Assembly (NCBI GenBank): GCA_963749495.1
Contig: CAVVMW010000001.1
Coordinates: 480,001 to 544,000 of the forward strand
Direction of reading: 5' to 3'
DNA: 64,000 nucleotides
DNA from: an uncultured bacterium
GTDB lineage: Bacteria > Verrucomicrobiota > Verrucomicrobiia > Limisphaerales > UBA8199
Below are positions 8,786-17,655 of this stretch, one piece after another. Position numbers and translations under genes: made by a program. Position 1 is the stretch's first letter; every line of letters begins with the position of its first letter. The notes below the pieces were generated by a model, which saw only the letters and a program-made list of their open reading frames with translations, had not been told where the DNA came from and ran no database searches.

Positions 8786-8955
8786 GAAGCCAATCGTTCT
8801 TCGACCTCCTCATGTGAGACGACTTGGCCCGCCTCAGACGCAGCCTTGGCGCGCCGCAACGCTGCCACAATGGCAACATCTTGGCTGATTTCCTCCAGGG
8901 TAGCTGTCTCTGGAAGCTTTCGGATGGCCTCAAGGGCAGCTTCTTTGTCGCTCAT
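8770..8955 (-). CDS. Small acidic antitoxin
   Basis: 61 aa, KEAALEAIRKLPETATLEEI...GQVVSHEEVEERLASW, directly upstream of and overlapping the toxin. Confidence 0.8.
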   Translation of the reverse strand: MSDKEAALEAIRKLPETATLEEISQDVAIVAALRRAKAASEAGQVVSHEEVEERLASWTTK

Positions 8956-9047
8956 GTCTGCAACTTAGGCTTCTGGCCAGAGGATGGCAAGCCTTCATGG
9001 CCGCTGTGTTGCGATTCAAACTGTCGGTCAGCCCACGGCGCCTTCTT

Positions 9048-9235
9048 GCCCCGAAGGGGCCTCCGACAATAGCCCGGCGTTTCAACGCCGGGTGAACGGA
9101 CCCAAGGAGCAGGTCCGTCCCGAAGGGACGGCCGAAAGCAACGAGCCCTCTCGGGCGTCCCTTCGGGACGAGGGTCCCTTTTGCGGCCTGCCCGGCGTTG
9201 AAACGCCGGGCTATTGTCAGGTGTCCCTCCGGGAC
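9048..9235. repeat. Long palindromic REP element, family D (GTCCCG.AGGGAC hairpins, AATAGCCC...GGGCTATT arms)
   Basis: Nested inverted repeats; related copy at 54026-54217. Confidence 0.8.
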
Positions 9236-9263
9236 AAAACTCCCGAGGCAGCCCGGCCGTTAT

Positions 9264-9314
9264 TCACCCGCGCAGCGTCAATAACCGGGCGCGCGGCAAA
9301 AAACCAAATTCCTA
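9264..9314. repeat. Right copy of the island-bounding direct repeat
   Basis: Aligns to 3700-3749 with a few mismatches and one gap. Confidence 0.75.
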
Positions 9315-9343
9315 TGAGTTCTTTCAGTATCAGTCTATCAGTT

Positions 9344-10222
9344 TCACCGTCCGAGCAGCTCCCGGACCTTGGCGGCGGGGTCGGCCTGGCGCATGAGCGA
9401 TTCGCCCACGAGGATGGCGCGCGCCCCGCACCGGGCCAGGCGCTGGACGTCGCCGCGCGTGTGGATGCCGCTCTCGGCAACCAGGAGGCGCGGGAGGCGC
9501 GGGGCCGGGGCCGTCGCGGCTCGTGGGCCGAACAACCTGGCCGCCAGCCGCTCGGTCGTGGCCAGGTCCACTTCGAACGTCTTGAGGTTCCGGTTGTTCG
9601 CGCCGATGAGCCGGGCGCCGGCGTCCAGGGCGCGGGCCAGTTCCGGCTCGTCATGGACCTCGACCAGCGCGTCCAGGCCCGCGCCCGAGGCCAGGCCGTG
9701 CAAATGCCGCAGTTGGGCGTCCCCCAAAATCGCCACGATGAGCAGGATGGCATCCGCTCCCCATTCGACCGCCTCGAGGATCTGCCGCTCGTCGAGGATG
9801 AAATCCTTGCGCAGCAACGGCAGCTTCACTGCAGCCCGGATTTGCTCCAGGCACTCCAGCGACCCCTGGAAAAACTTCCGATCCGTCAGCACCGACAGGC
9901 AGCTTGCGCCCGCCGCCTCGTACTGGCAGGCGATGCGCACCGGGTCGAAATCGGGCCGTATCAACCCGGCCGAGGGGGAGGCCCTCTTGACCTCGGCAAT
10001 CAGGGCCACGGCGGGGCAAGTCTCCCGCTCCCCTAGGGAGGATGGCGGCCTCGAATTCACCGAAAGCCCGCCGCCAGTGCCCGCAACCAGCGCGCCCAAA
10101 AAGTCACGGCGTCCACCCCGCGCCTCCAGCGCGCCGCGCAGCATCGAGACCGAAACGGCGCGTTGCGGCAAAGCCGCCACCTCCCGCCGCTTCTCGTCAA
10201 CGATGGTGTCGAGGATGGTCAT
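9344..10222 (-). CDS. trpC: Indole-3-glycerol phosphate synthase
   Basis: LIAEVKRASPSAG, SVLTD.KFFQG, PLLRKDFI, GADAILLI, LVEVH, GANNRNL, VAESGI, LVGESLMR. Confidence 0.97.
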   Translation of the reverse strand: MTILDTIVDEKRREVAALPQRAVSVSMLRGALEARGGRRDFLGALVAGTGGGLSVNSRPPSSLGERETCPAVALIAEVKRASPSAGLIRPDFDPVRIACQYEAAGASCLSVLTDRKFFQGSLECLEQIRAAVKLPLLRKDFILDERQILEAVEWGADAILLIVAILGDAQLRHLHGLASGAGLDALVEVHDEPELARALDAGARLIGANNRNLKTFEVDLATTERLAARLFGPRAATAPAPRLPRLLVAESGIHTRGDVQRLARCGARAILVGESLMRQADPAAKVRELLGR

Positions 10223-10422
10223 TGGTCATTGGTCATTCTGCCCGTCGGACCGGTCTGACGAGTCGGACCGGTCAGACTGGTCCGCATTCGTCATTCGTCA
10301 TTCGTCATTCCGCCCTCCGCCCTCCGCCCTCGGCACGCGGCATTCCGCGCTCGATCCGCGTCCCCACTCGCCCGAGGCGTCGCCCGGCTCCATTCCGCAT
10401 TCCGCACTCCGCATTCCGCACT
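10217..10422. repeat. Mosaic of 7-mer and 9-mer microsatellites (GTCATTG, CATTCGT, CCGCCCT, CATTCCG, GTCGGACCG)
   Basis: Short tandem runs fill the prfB-trpC intergenic space. Confidence 0.8.
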
Positions 10423-10427
10423 CGTCG

Positions 10428-11574
10428 TCACTCCTCCTCGTCCCTGACGCCCTGCACGCGTTTGGAAGGGCAGCCGGCGCGGAGCCAGGCCTTGACGAAT
10501 GCGTCCAGGTCACCGTCCATCACGGCCTGGACGTTGCTGGTTTGGACGCCGGTGCGCAGGTCTTTGACCATGCGGTAGGGCTGGAGGACGTAGCTGCGGA
10601 TCTGGTGGCCCCAGGAAATGCTGCCCTTCTCGCCGTAAAACCGTTCCATCTCGGCCTTCTGGGCGTCCTGCCGCTGGGCGTAGATCTTCGAGAGCAGCAT
10701 CTTCATGGCGGTGGCGCGGTTCTGGTGCTGGGAGCGCTGGTTTTGCGAGGCGGCCACGATGCCAGTGGGCAGGTGAGTGATGCGCACGGCGGTCTCGACC
10801 TTGTTGACGTTTTGCCCGCCTTTGCCGCCGGAACGGTAGGTGTCGACCTTCAGTTCGGCGGGCGGGATGACCACCTCCGAGGAGGTCTCCTCGATTTCGG
10901 CAATCACGTCCACGCTGGCGAAGCTGGTGTGCCGCCGTTTGTTGGCGTCGAAAGGCGAGAGCCGCACCAGGCGGTGCACACCGCGCTCGGCCTTGCTGTA
11001 GCCGTAGGCATACTCCCCCGTGACCACCAGGGTCGCGCTTTTGATGCCGGCGGTTTCGCCTGGCAGCACGTCCGTGAGCTCGATCTGCCAGCCGCGCGAC
11101 TCCGCCCACCGCTGGTACATGCGCATGAGCATGTTCGCCCAGTCGCACGATTCGGTCCCGCCCGCCCCGGCGTTGATGCTCAGGATGCAGTTGCTCTTGT
11201 CGTGGGGCCCGCCCAGGAAGACCCTCAACTCCAGAGACCCCAGTTCCTTGAAGAACGAACCGAGGTCCCGCTCCAGTTCCGCCTGGACCTTGCCCTGGGC
11301 GGCCTCCGGCTCGGCCTCGCCCAACTCGGCCATCACGTGGAAGTCTTCCAGTTGCTTTTCGGCCTGGAGCAGGGGCTCGACCCGCTCGCGCAGGCCGTTG
11401 GACTCCTCGATCAGCTTTTGCGCCTGCTCCCGGTTGTTCCAGAAACCCTCCGCCGCCATCAGGCCGCTGATTTCGGCCAGGCGTTTCTGCGCCCCGGGCA
11501 CGTCAAAGAAACCTCCGCACGTGCGCCAGCTTGTCCCTCACCGTGGCCAACTCCGCTTTGATCGTGTCGAACAT
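10428..11574 (-). CDS. prfB: Peptide chain release factor 2, programmed +1 frameshift
   Basis: [26 protein letters not shown] then +1 frame; SPF tripeptide, GGQ motif, GAGGTE. Confidence 0.97.
11502..11517 (-). promoter_or_regulatory. prfB autoregulatory frameshift site (internal SD GGAGG, CTT TGA C)
   Basis: Minus strand reads CGGAGGTTTCTTTGAC. Confidence 0.95.
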
Positions 11575-11690
11575 GAGGCGAATCTAGGTTGGAAGCAGAC
11601 CGCGCGCAAGCCAAAGGGGGCAGTTCAGCTTTGGGCAACCAGGGCCATTGACAAAATCCCTCGGCGCGCCGGTGCGCCAGGGGCGCCAGC

Positions 11691-11825
11691 GTAGCGCAGG
11701 TTTCCAAACCTGCTGTATCGCGGGTTTCCAAACCCGCAGGCCGACCGCAAACCTGGGGCGCTCGACATGCCGCCGCCCCGCCGATTGGAAATCGGCGATA
11801 CAGCAGGTTTGGAAACCTGCGCTAC
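11691..11825. repeat. Palindromic REP-like element (GTAGCGCAGGTTTCCAAACCTGCTGTATCG...CGATACAGCAGGTTTGGAAACCTGCGCTAC)
   Basis: 30-bp perfect inverted arms. Confidence 0.85.
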
Positions 11826-11904
11826 AACTTTGTCAACGGCCCACGTTGGGCAACCCTGCTGTAATCTTTTGACATCCCCATCCCGCGGGGTCAAAGTAGC
11901 GATC

Positions 11905-13074
11905 ATGGATTGGAGCCAGCCTCCGAATTCTCCGCCCGTGGCGGGCGCCGTCGGCCAGGCCCTGGCGGAGGCCCTGGACCGCCACACCGCCCCCGGTGCT
12001 TTGTGGCGCGCCGAGGGCCGGGGCGTGCGTTGCCTGGCCTGCGGCCATCGCTGCCTGATCGCCCCGGGCCGGCGCGGCATCTGCAAGGTCCGCTTCAACG
12101 ACGCCGGTCAGTTGCGCGTCCCCTTCGGCTATGTCGCCGGGGTCCAGTGCGACCCGGTCGAGAAGAAGCCCTTCTACCATGTCTATCCCGGCAGCGACGC
12201 CCTCACCTTCGGGATGCTGGGTTGCGATTTCCATTGTTCCTATTGCCAGAATTGGGTCACCAGCCAGGCCCTGCGCGACCCCGCCTCGGCCACGCCGCTC
12301 CAGAGCGTAACGCCTGAGCAACTGGTCCGCAGCGGCCGGCGCTCGGGCGCGCGCCTGGTCGTCTCCAGCTACAACGAACCGCTCATCACCGCGGAATGGG
12401 CGGTGGCCGTTTTCCAGCAGGCCAAAGCGGCCGGCCTGGCCTGCGCCTTCGTCTCCAACGGCAATGCCACCGCCGAGGTCCTCGATTTTCTGCGTCCCTG
12501 GATCGTGGCCTACAAGGTCGATCTCAAGAGCTTCGACGACAAACGCTACCGTTCCCTGGGCGGCACGCTCGAGCATGTCACCAACGGCATCCGGATGGTC
12601 CATGAGCGCGGGCTCTGGCTGGAGATCGTGACCCTCCTGGTGCCCGGATTCAATGACAGCCAGGACGAGGTGCGCCAGATGGCCCGGTTCATCGCGTCGG
12701 TCAGCCCCGACATCCCCTGGCACGTCACCGCCTTCCACCAGGACTACAAAATGACCGCACCGCCCGACACGGCCGCGGCGCAACTGGTGCGCGCGGCCGA
12801 GATCGGCGCCCAAGAGGGCCTGCGCTTCGTCTATGCGGGCAACGCGCCGGGGCGCGTGGGCGGCTGGGAAAATACCTGGTGTCCGAAGTGCCGCCGGCTC
12901 CTGATAGCCCGCCTCGGCTACCTGGTCAGCGAGTACCACCTCACCCCGGCCGGGGAATGTCCGCAGTGCAGGACGCCCATTCCGGGCCTCTGGCCCGACC
13001 ACGCCGAGGACGTCCAAACCGGCCACGGCCTGGCCCAGCTTTGGGGCCGCCACCCCCGGGGCGTGGCCATCTAA
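11905..13074 (+). CDS. amrS: AmmeMemoRadiSam system radical SAM enzyme
   Basis: CLACGHRC..G..GICKVR, DPVEKKPFYH, GCDFHCSYCQNW, SYNEP, ENTWCPKC. Confidence 0.92.
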   Translation: MDWSQPPNSPPVAGAVGQALAEALDRHTAPGALWRAEGRGVRCLACGHRCLIAPGRRGICKVRFNDAGQLRVPFGYVAGVQCDPVEKKPFYHVYPGSDALTFGMLGCDFHCSYCQNWVTSQALRDPASATPLQSVTPEQLVRSGRRSGARLVVSSYNEPLITAEWAVAVFQQAKAAGLACAFVSNGNATAEVLDFLRPWIVAYKVDLKSFDDKRYRSLGGTLEHVTNGIRMVHERGLWLEIVTLLVPGFNDSQDEVRQMARFIASVSPDIPWHVTAFHQDYKMTAPPDTAAAQLVRAAEIGAQEGLRFVYAGNAPGRVGGWENTWCPKCRRLLIARLGYLVSEYHLTPAGECPQCRTPIPGLWPDHAEDVQTGHGLAQLWGRHPRGVAI

Positions 13075-13100
13075 CCATGAACCCACCCAGAACCCGCACG

Positions 13101-13181
13101 GTTTTGGACTGCGGCAGTCCTCTGCCGCTTTTCCGACCCCAGCACGCACGAAAGCGCCAGAGGACTGGCGCAGTCCAAAAC
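13101..13181. repeat. REP family B (GTTTTGGACTGCGGCAGTCCTCTGCCGCTTT...AAAGCG.CAGAGGACTG.CGCAGTCCAAAAC)
   Basis: Palindrome; copies at 19060-19139, 20310-20389, 63702-63786. Confidence 0.88.
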
Positions 13182-13252
13182 GCTTCGCGCCAGCCCTGCA
13201 CCCATCCAGTTGAAGATCCTCCTTTGCGTTTTCCAAACTCTGGAGGCGCCCC

Positions 13253-14110
13253 ATGAATGACCTCCAACTCACCGGCGTCCGGCCCCCTGCGGTGGCCGGG
13301 CAGTTCTATCCGGCCGACCCGGAGGAATTGCGGCGCCTGGTCAGGTCCTTGCTGGACGCTGTGCCGGCCTGTGCCGGACCGGCGCCCAAGGCGCTCATCG
13401 TGCCTCATGCCGGCTACCTCTTCTCCGGTCCGGTAGCCGCCTCGGCCTACGCCCTGCTGGCCCCGGCCCGCGACACCCTCCAGCGTGTCATCCTGCTGGG
13501 GCCGGCTCACCGGGTTGGCTTTGAGGGCCTGGCGCTGCCCTCGGTCACGGCCTTCGCGACGCCCCTGGGCACAGTGCCGGTGGATGTCCAGGCCCTTGGG
13601 CAACTGGCCGCCCTGCCCCAAATCCGCGTGTACGACAAAGCCCACGCCCTCGAGCACTCCCTGGAAGTCCAATTGCCCTTCCTCCAGAGCGTCCTGGCCG
13701 GCTTTGTCCTGGTCCCGCTGGCCGTCTCGGAGGCGGACGCCCAAGACATCAGCCAGGTCCTGGACTTGCTTTGGGGCGGGCCGGAGACCTGCATCGTCGT
13801 CAGCTCCGACCTCAGCCACTACTGCGCCCCGGACATCGCCCGGCAACTCGATAGCGAGACGGCCCGGGCCATCGAGGCCCTGGCGCCCGAAAAAATCTCG
13901 GAGCAGAACGCCTGCGGCCAGCGCCCGATTTGTGGCCTGCTCCAGGCCGCCCGCCGCCGCGGCCTGCGCGCCCGCACCCTGGACCTGCGCAACTCCGGCG
14001 ATACCGGCGGCCCACGCCACCAGGTCGTCGGCTACGGCGCCTTCGCGTTCGACCAACCCGGCGCGGGGCAGGCCGTTTTGCCGCTCGACGGACCGACGAC
14101 ACAAGCCTAA
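13253..14110 (+). CDS. amrB: AmmeMemoRadiSam system protein B (Memo family)
   Basis: RPPAVAGQFYP, VPHAGYLFSG, EHSLEVQLPFLQ, SSDLSHY, NSGD, VVGYGA. Confidence 0.95.
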   Translation: MNDLQLTGVRPPAVAGQFYPADPEELRRLVRSLLDAVPACAGPAPKALIVPHAGYLFSGPVAASAYALLAPARDTLQRVILLGPAHRVGFEGLALPSVTAFATPLGTVPVDVQALGQLAALPQIRVYDKAHALEHSLEVQLPFLQSVLAGFVLVPLAVSEADAQDISQVLDLLWGGPETCIVVSSDLSHYCAPDIARQLDSETARAIEALAPEKISEQNACGQRPICGLLQAARRRGLRARTLDLRNSGDTGGPRHQVVGYGAFAFDQPGAGQAVLPLDGPTTQA

Positions 14111-14119
14111 TGTCCCATC

Positions 14120-14317
14120 ATGGAAAAGAAAGTCGCGCGCGTGCTCAAAAAGCTCCGCCGCGTCCGCGGCCTGAGCCAGGACGAAAAATACCTCTTCGCC
14201 CGCAGCCTCGCCGCGACGCCCGACGAGCGGTGGCGGCTGCACCAGAACTATCTCCGCTCGGTCGGCTTATCAACGCGCTCGATGCAGAAGAAATACGGTT
14301 TGTTGTCATCGGAATGA
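14120..14317 (+). CDS. Small basic protein, possible partner of the downstream nucleotidyltransferase
   Basis: 65 aa, SLAATPDERW motif, overlaps next gene. Confidence 0.55.
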   Translation: MEKKVARVLKKLRRVRGLSQDEKYLFARSLAATPDERWRLHQNYLRSVGLSTRSMQKKYGLLSSE

Positions 14318-14829
14318 CGGCGGCGGTGCTGCAAGGCGCGCCGGCCGCAACCTTCGATGTGGATCTCTGGATCGATCTGCCTTCGCGCCAATACATGCGC
14401 GCGATGAACGTGGCCCTGAAACTCGGCGCGCAAATGGTAGCCAACACTGTCGCGGTGTTGCCGGGTGATGTGACGATCAACTTTGTCTATTCGGTCACCG
14501 GGTTGAACCGCTTTCCAACCGAGTATCGAAATGCAACGAGGCTTGAGTGGATGGGACGCCGTGTCGCCGTCCTGCCTTTGGAGCGGATTCACAGAAGCAA
14601 GAGCGTTGTGGGCCGCCCCAAGGACCTGGCGCACTTGCCCCTCCTGGAGCAAGCGATGAAATTGCAGAGCCGCTTGCGACGCCGCAAAGGGGGCCAGCAG
14701 ATCGGTCAAAGCCGCAACAGGAATGCGGGCAAGGTCGTCCGGCGCGGAAAGCTTAAGGTCTGGACCAGTCCGGTGCCTTCCACGCCGATCGAGGAGGCCG
14801 TAGAGAAGGTGCGTCATTACGAGCGATGA
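14230..14829 (+). CDS. Nucleotidyltransferase-fold protein (toxin-antitoxin-like); start uncertain
   Basis: FVVIGMTAAVLQG....TFDVD (hG..DxD) and C-terminal K...GRPKD...L. Confidence 0.7.
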   Translation: MAAAPELSPLGRLINALDAEEIRFVVIGMTAAVLQGAPAATFDVDLWIDLPSRQYMRAMNVALKLGAQMVANTVAVLPGDVTINFVYSVTGLNRFPTEYRNATRLEWMGRRVAVLPLERIHRSKSVVGRPKDLAHLPLLEQAMKLQSRLRRRKGGQQIGQSRNRNAGKVVRRGKLKVWTSPVPSTPIEEAVEKVRHYER

Positions 14830-17203
14830 CCTTTCTCGATGCCTCCGCAACCCCTCCCATTTCGCCCATGCCGCCCCTGAGTTGGCGGTGTGTGAACCCT
14901 GAGGGGAGAGGCGCGGCGCCTGCTCGGGACAATCATTGAGTCTGCCTTCCCCTGGTATTGCTGGATGAGCCGGGAGCTGGCTTCGACTTGTTCGGTGTCG
15001 CCGAGGGCGTGGGCAAGCTGGAGGGCTTTGCGGGCCGAGGCGAGGGCCTGTGGCAGGCGCCCGGCTTGGGCGTGGCCCCGCGAAAGGAAGAGGTGGAGTT
15101 CGGGGGAAGTGTCCAGGTCGGGCTGTTGCGCCTGCACAATTGAGTAATGGCTGAGTGACTCCTCGATCTTGCCTTGGGCCGCCAGGGCAATCGCGAGCAG
15201 GTAATGGGCCTGCAGGTGGTTGGGGTCGAATTCCAGGGCCTTGGCCAGGGCGCCGGAGGCTCCCGTGATGTCATCGTTGGCGAGCAACGCATCGCCCAGC
15301 GCGCAGTGCATAGCGGCGGCGGCGTACCGGCGGTCGAAGCCCGTCGGCAGGAGCCGCACCGCCTGGCGCAGGTGCTGGACAGCCGGGTCGAGTTGGCCCT
15401 GGTAGCGCAACGCCATGCCGAGGTCAAAATGGGCGCAACCGTCGTTCGGGTCCAGGCGCAACGCCTCGGTGGTGTGGCCCAGTCCTTCCTTGAACTGGTG
15501 TTTGACGTTGAAGAGCAGGCAACCCAGCCGCTGATGGGCGTGAGCGTTGCGGGGGTTGATTTGGAGGGCCTTTTGGTAGTCGACGATCGCGCCCTCCAGG
15601 TCGCCGCTCATTTCCAACACGTAGGCGGCGCGGGCGCGCGAGGAATCATCCAGAAACCGTTCTTGAATGGCCGCGATGGCGCCGGGTTCGGCATTGACGA
15701 ATTCAGGGATGTTGGCAGCGCGGTTGGGGGCGGTGAAATGGGCCAGGAGGACGGGCGGGGTGCTTCGTCCCTGCTCATCGATGTGGGTGAGGAACAATTG
15801 AGTATAGGGCGAGTTGGCCTTGGAGGAGAAGACGAGCCAGCGGCCGTTGGGCGACCAACTATGCCAGGAGTTCATGCGGGGTGTGTTGCAGCGGAGGCGG
15901 CGGGGCTCCCGCCGGCGGAGGGGATGATGTAGAGGGCGCTGTCGGGCTGGAGGAGCATGTAATTGCTGGCCTGGCAAAAGACAATCCATCGGCCGTCCGG
16001 GGAGTATTTCGGGAAGAAGTTGCTCTTGCCGTTGCGGGAGGCCCCGGGCAGGGGCTCGGCCTGGCCGCCGCGGCCATCGTTGTAGGGTATGCGGTAGAGA
16101 TCGAACTGGAACGGTTTGCCCCCCCGAAGAAACTCGTCGCAATCGGCCTGGCTCAGCAGGAGTTTGTCTTCGGCATCCTGGCTGCGCAACTGGTAGGCCC
16201 CCGTCCGGGCAAAGACGATGTACTGGCCGTCTGGGCTCCAAACCGGATTGCTTTGCACGTACTCCGGGTCGTCGGCGCCCGGCAACGAATCGAATTTGCC
16301 GGTGCTCGGGTGGTACACCACGAGGATGCCCCTGATGGGGAAGAACAGTTGCGAGAAGGCCAGGTCCGGTTTGGGGACAAAGACCGACTTGTCCTTGACG
16401 GTGCTGATGACGACCTGGCCGTCAGGCGAGACTTGGGAAAGCAGGCCGAAGGTCGGGCGCCGATCCTCGGGCTTATAGCTGCCCCAGGAGAAGATGTCGC
16501 TGGTGGCCAGGGTCATCTTGCGGGCCACCCGGGTGAGGACGTAGGACCCTTTGTCGTTGGCATAATCCACGTCCATGCCGAGCACATGGCCGTCGCGGGA
16601 AAAGGAATGGCAGTTGGCGCACACCGGGAGGGACTCGAGCACGACGGGCGGGGTCTGAGCGGAGGCAATGCTGCCGAAGCGCCAGCGGATGCGCGTGGGG
16701 TCTTTGACCGCATCCACGAAGGGCAGATTGACCTCGCGGTAGAATAGCGGCGCGGCAACCGTGTCTTTGGACGTGCTAAGCGAGACTTGGCCGCGGGACA
16801 GGATCTCCAGCGGGGCGGCGCGCCGAAACCCGAGCACCGTCACCGTGGCCGGCCTCTCCTGGGAACGCGCCTTGATCTGTTCCCAATCCTGCCGCCCCGG
16901 GGTCCATTCTGCCCGACGACTCAAGAAACACCAGCGGCCGGGCTGATTCTGAGCCTGATTCTGGTCTTGAAATCGGACCAGGACCAGCCATGAGTCTGCA
17001 CCGGCCTTGTCCTGCCACGAAAAGCAGGCGGGGACGATCTCCGGGGGAAAGACAGTGCCGTCCTGCGGGTACTGAATGGTCAGGGCGGGATAGCGGTTGG
17101 TTTCCTGGTAGGCGGCCACCGTCTGCTCCAGGGCTGGCCGGCGCGAACAGGAGACCAGGAAGAGCCCCATCGAAACACAAACCAGGCATGGCCAGCCGGA
17201 CAT
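14817..17203 (-). CDS. Lipoprotein with TolB-like PD40 propeller and C-terminal TPR repeats; frameshift near 15905
   Basis: Lipobox LVSC, CANCH, repeated WSPDG/YSPDG/WSPNG, TPR repeats ALQINPRNA, ALRLDPND; two ORFs join in a G/C run. Confidence 0.75.
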
Positions 17204-17221
17204 GGTGCAGTTATATCAAAG

Positions 17222-17289
17222 GTGAATTGCTCTGGCAACGTGTAGAGGAACAGCTCGTAATCCTGCAATGTGAGCAGGGGATTGCTCAT
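17222..17289 (-). pseudogene. N-terminal remnant of a DUF6516/TumE-like toxin
   Basis: MSNPLLTLQDYELFLYTLPEQF, ATGA-coupled to the upstream gene; recognisable similarity stops after ~22 codons (recalled family resemblance). Confidence 0.5.
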
Positions 17290-17555
17290 GTCCGAGCGTG
17301 CATCAACCCAGCCAGGCCGCGTTGCTGCCGCTGCAAGCGACCAATCTCATTCCGATATTCCGCCTGCCGTGCCAGCCAGGTGCGATAGACACTCGCCCAT
17401 TCCGTGAAGTCCATTACCCACGCATCGTTCTCCGGCTCTTCGCCCTGAGCGTAGGAGGCATAGAAAACCTCGGAGCGAACGCCGTACTTCCGCTCGAACG
17501 AAAGCAATTCCTCCTCCAGCGCATGGATGTCAGCGAGCAGTTCTTGCGCGTTCAT
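17286..17555 (-). CDS. TumA-like antitoxin
   Basis: LEEELLSFERKYGVRSEVFY..Y..G...D...DFTEWA pattern. Confidence 0.65.
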   Translation of the reverse strand: MNAQELLADIHALEEELLSFERKYGVRSEVFYASYAQGEEPENDAWVMDFTEWASVYRTWLARQAEYRNEIGRLQRQQRGLAGLMHART

Positions 17556-17655
17556 AACTTCCACACAACGTAGAATCGAGCCGGGTGAAAGCAAGGGTTT
17601 TGTACGGGGCCTGAATCTTTTCGTCGAAGCCCTGGCAAGTTCCGAGCGTCGGCCC

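Noticed and set aside
9369..11561. Long antisense/alternative-frame ORFs (e.g. 730 aa here, 1445-3133, 21958-23673, 32043-33755)
   Set aside because: Shadow ORFs typical of high-GC DNA, overlapping well-supported genes and lacking motifs.
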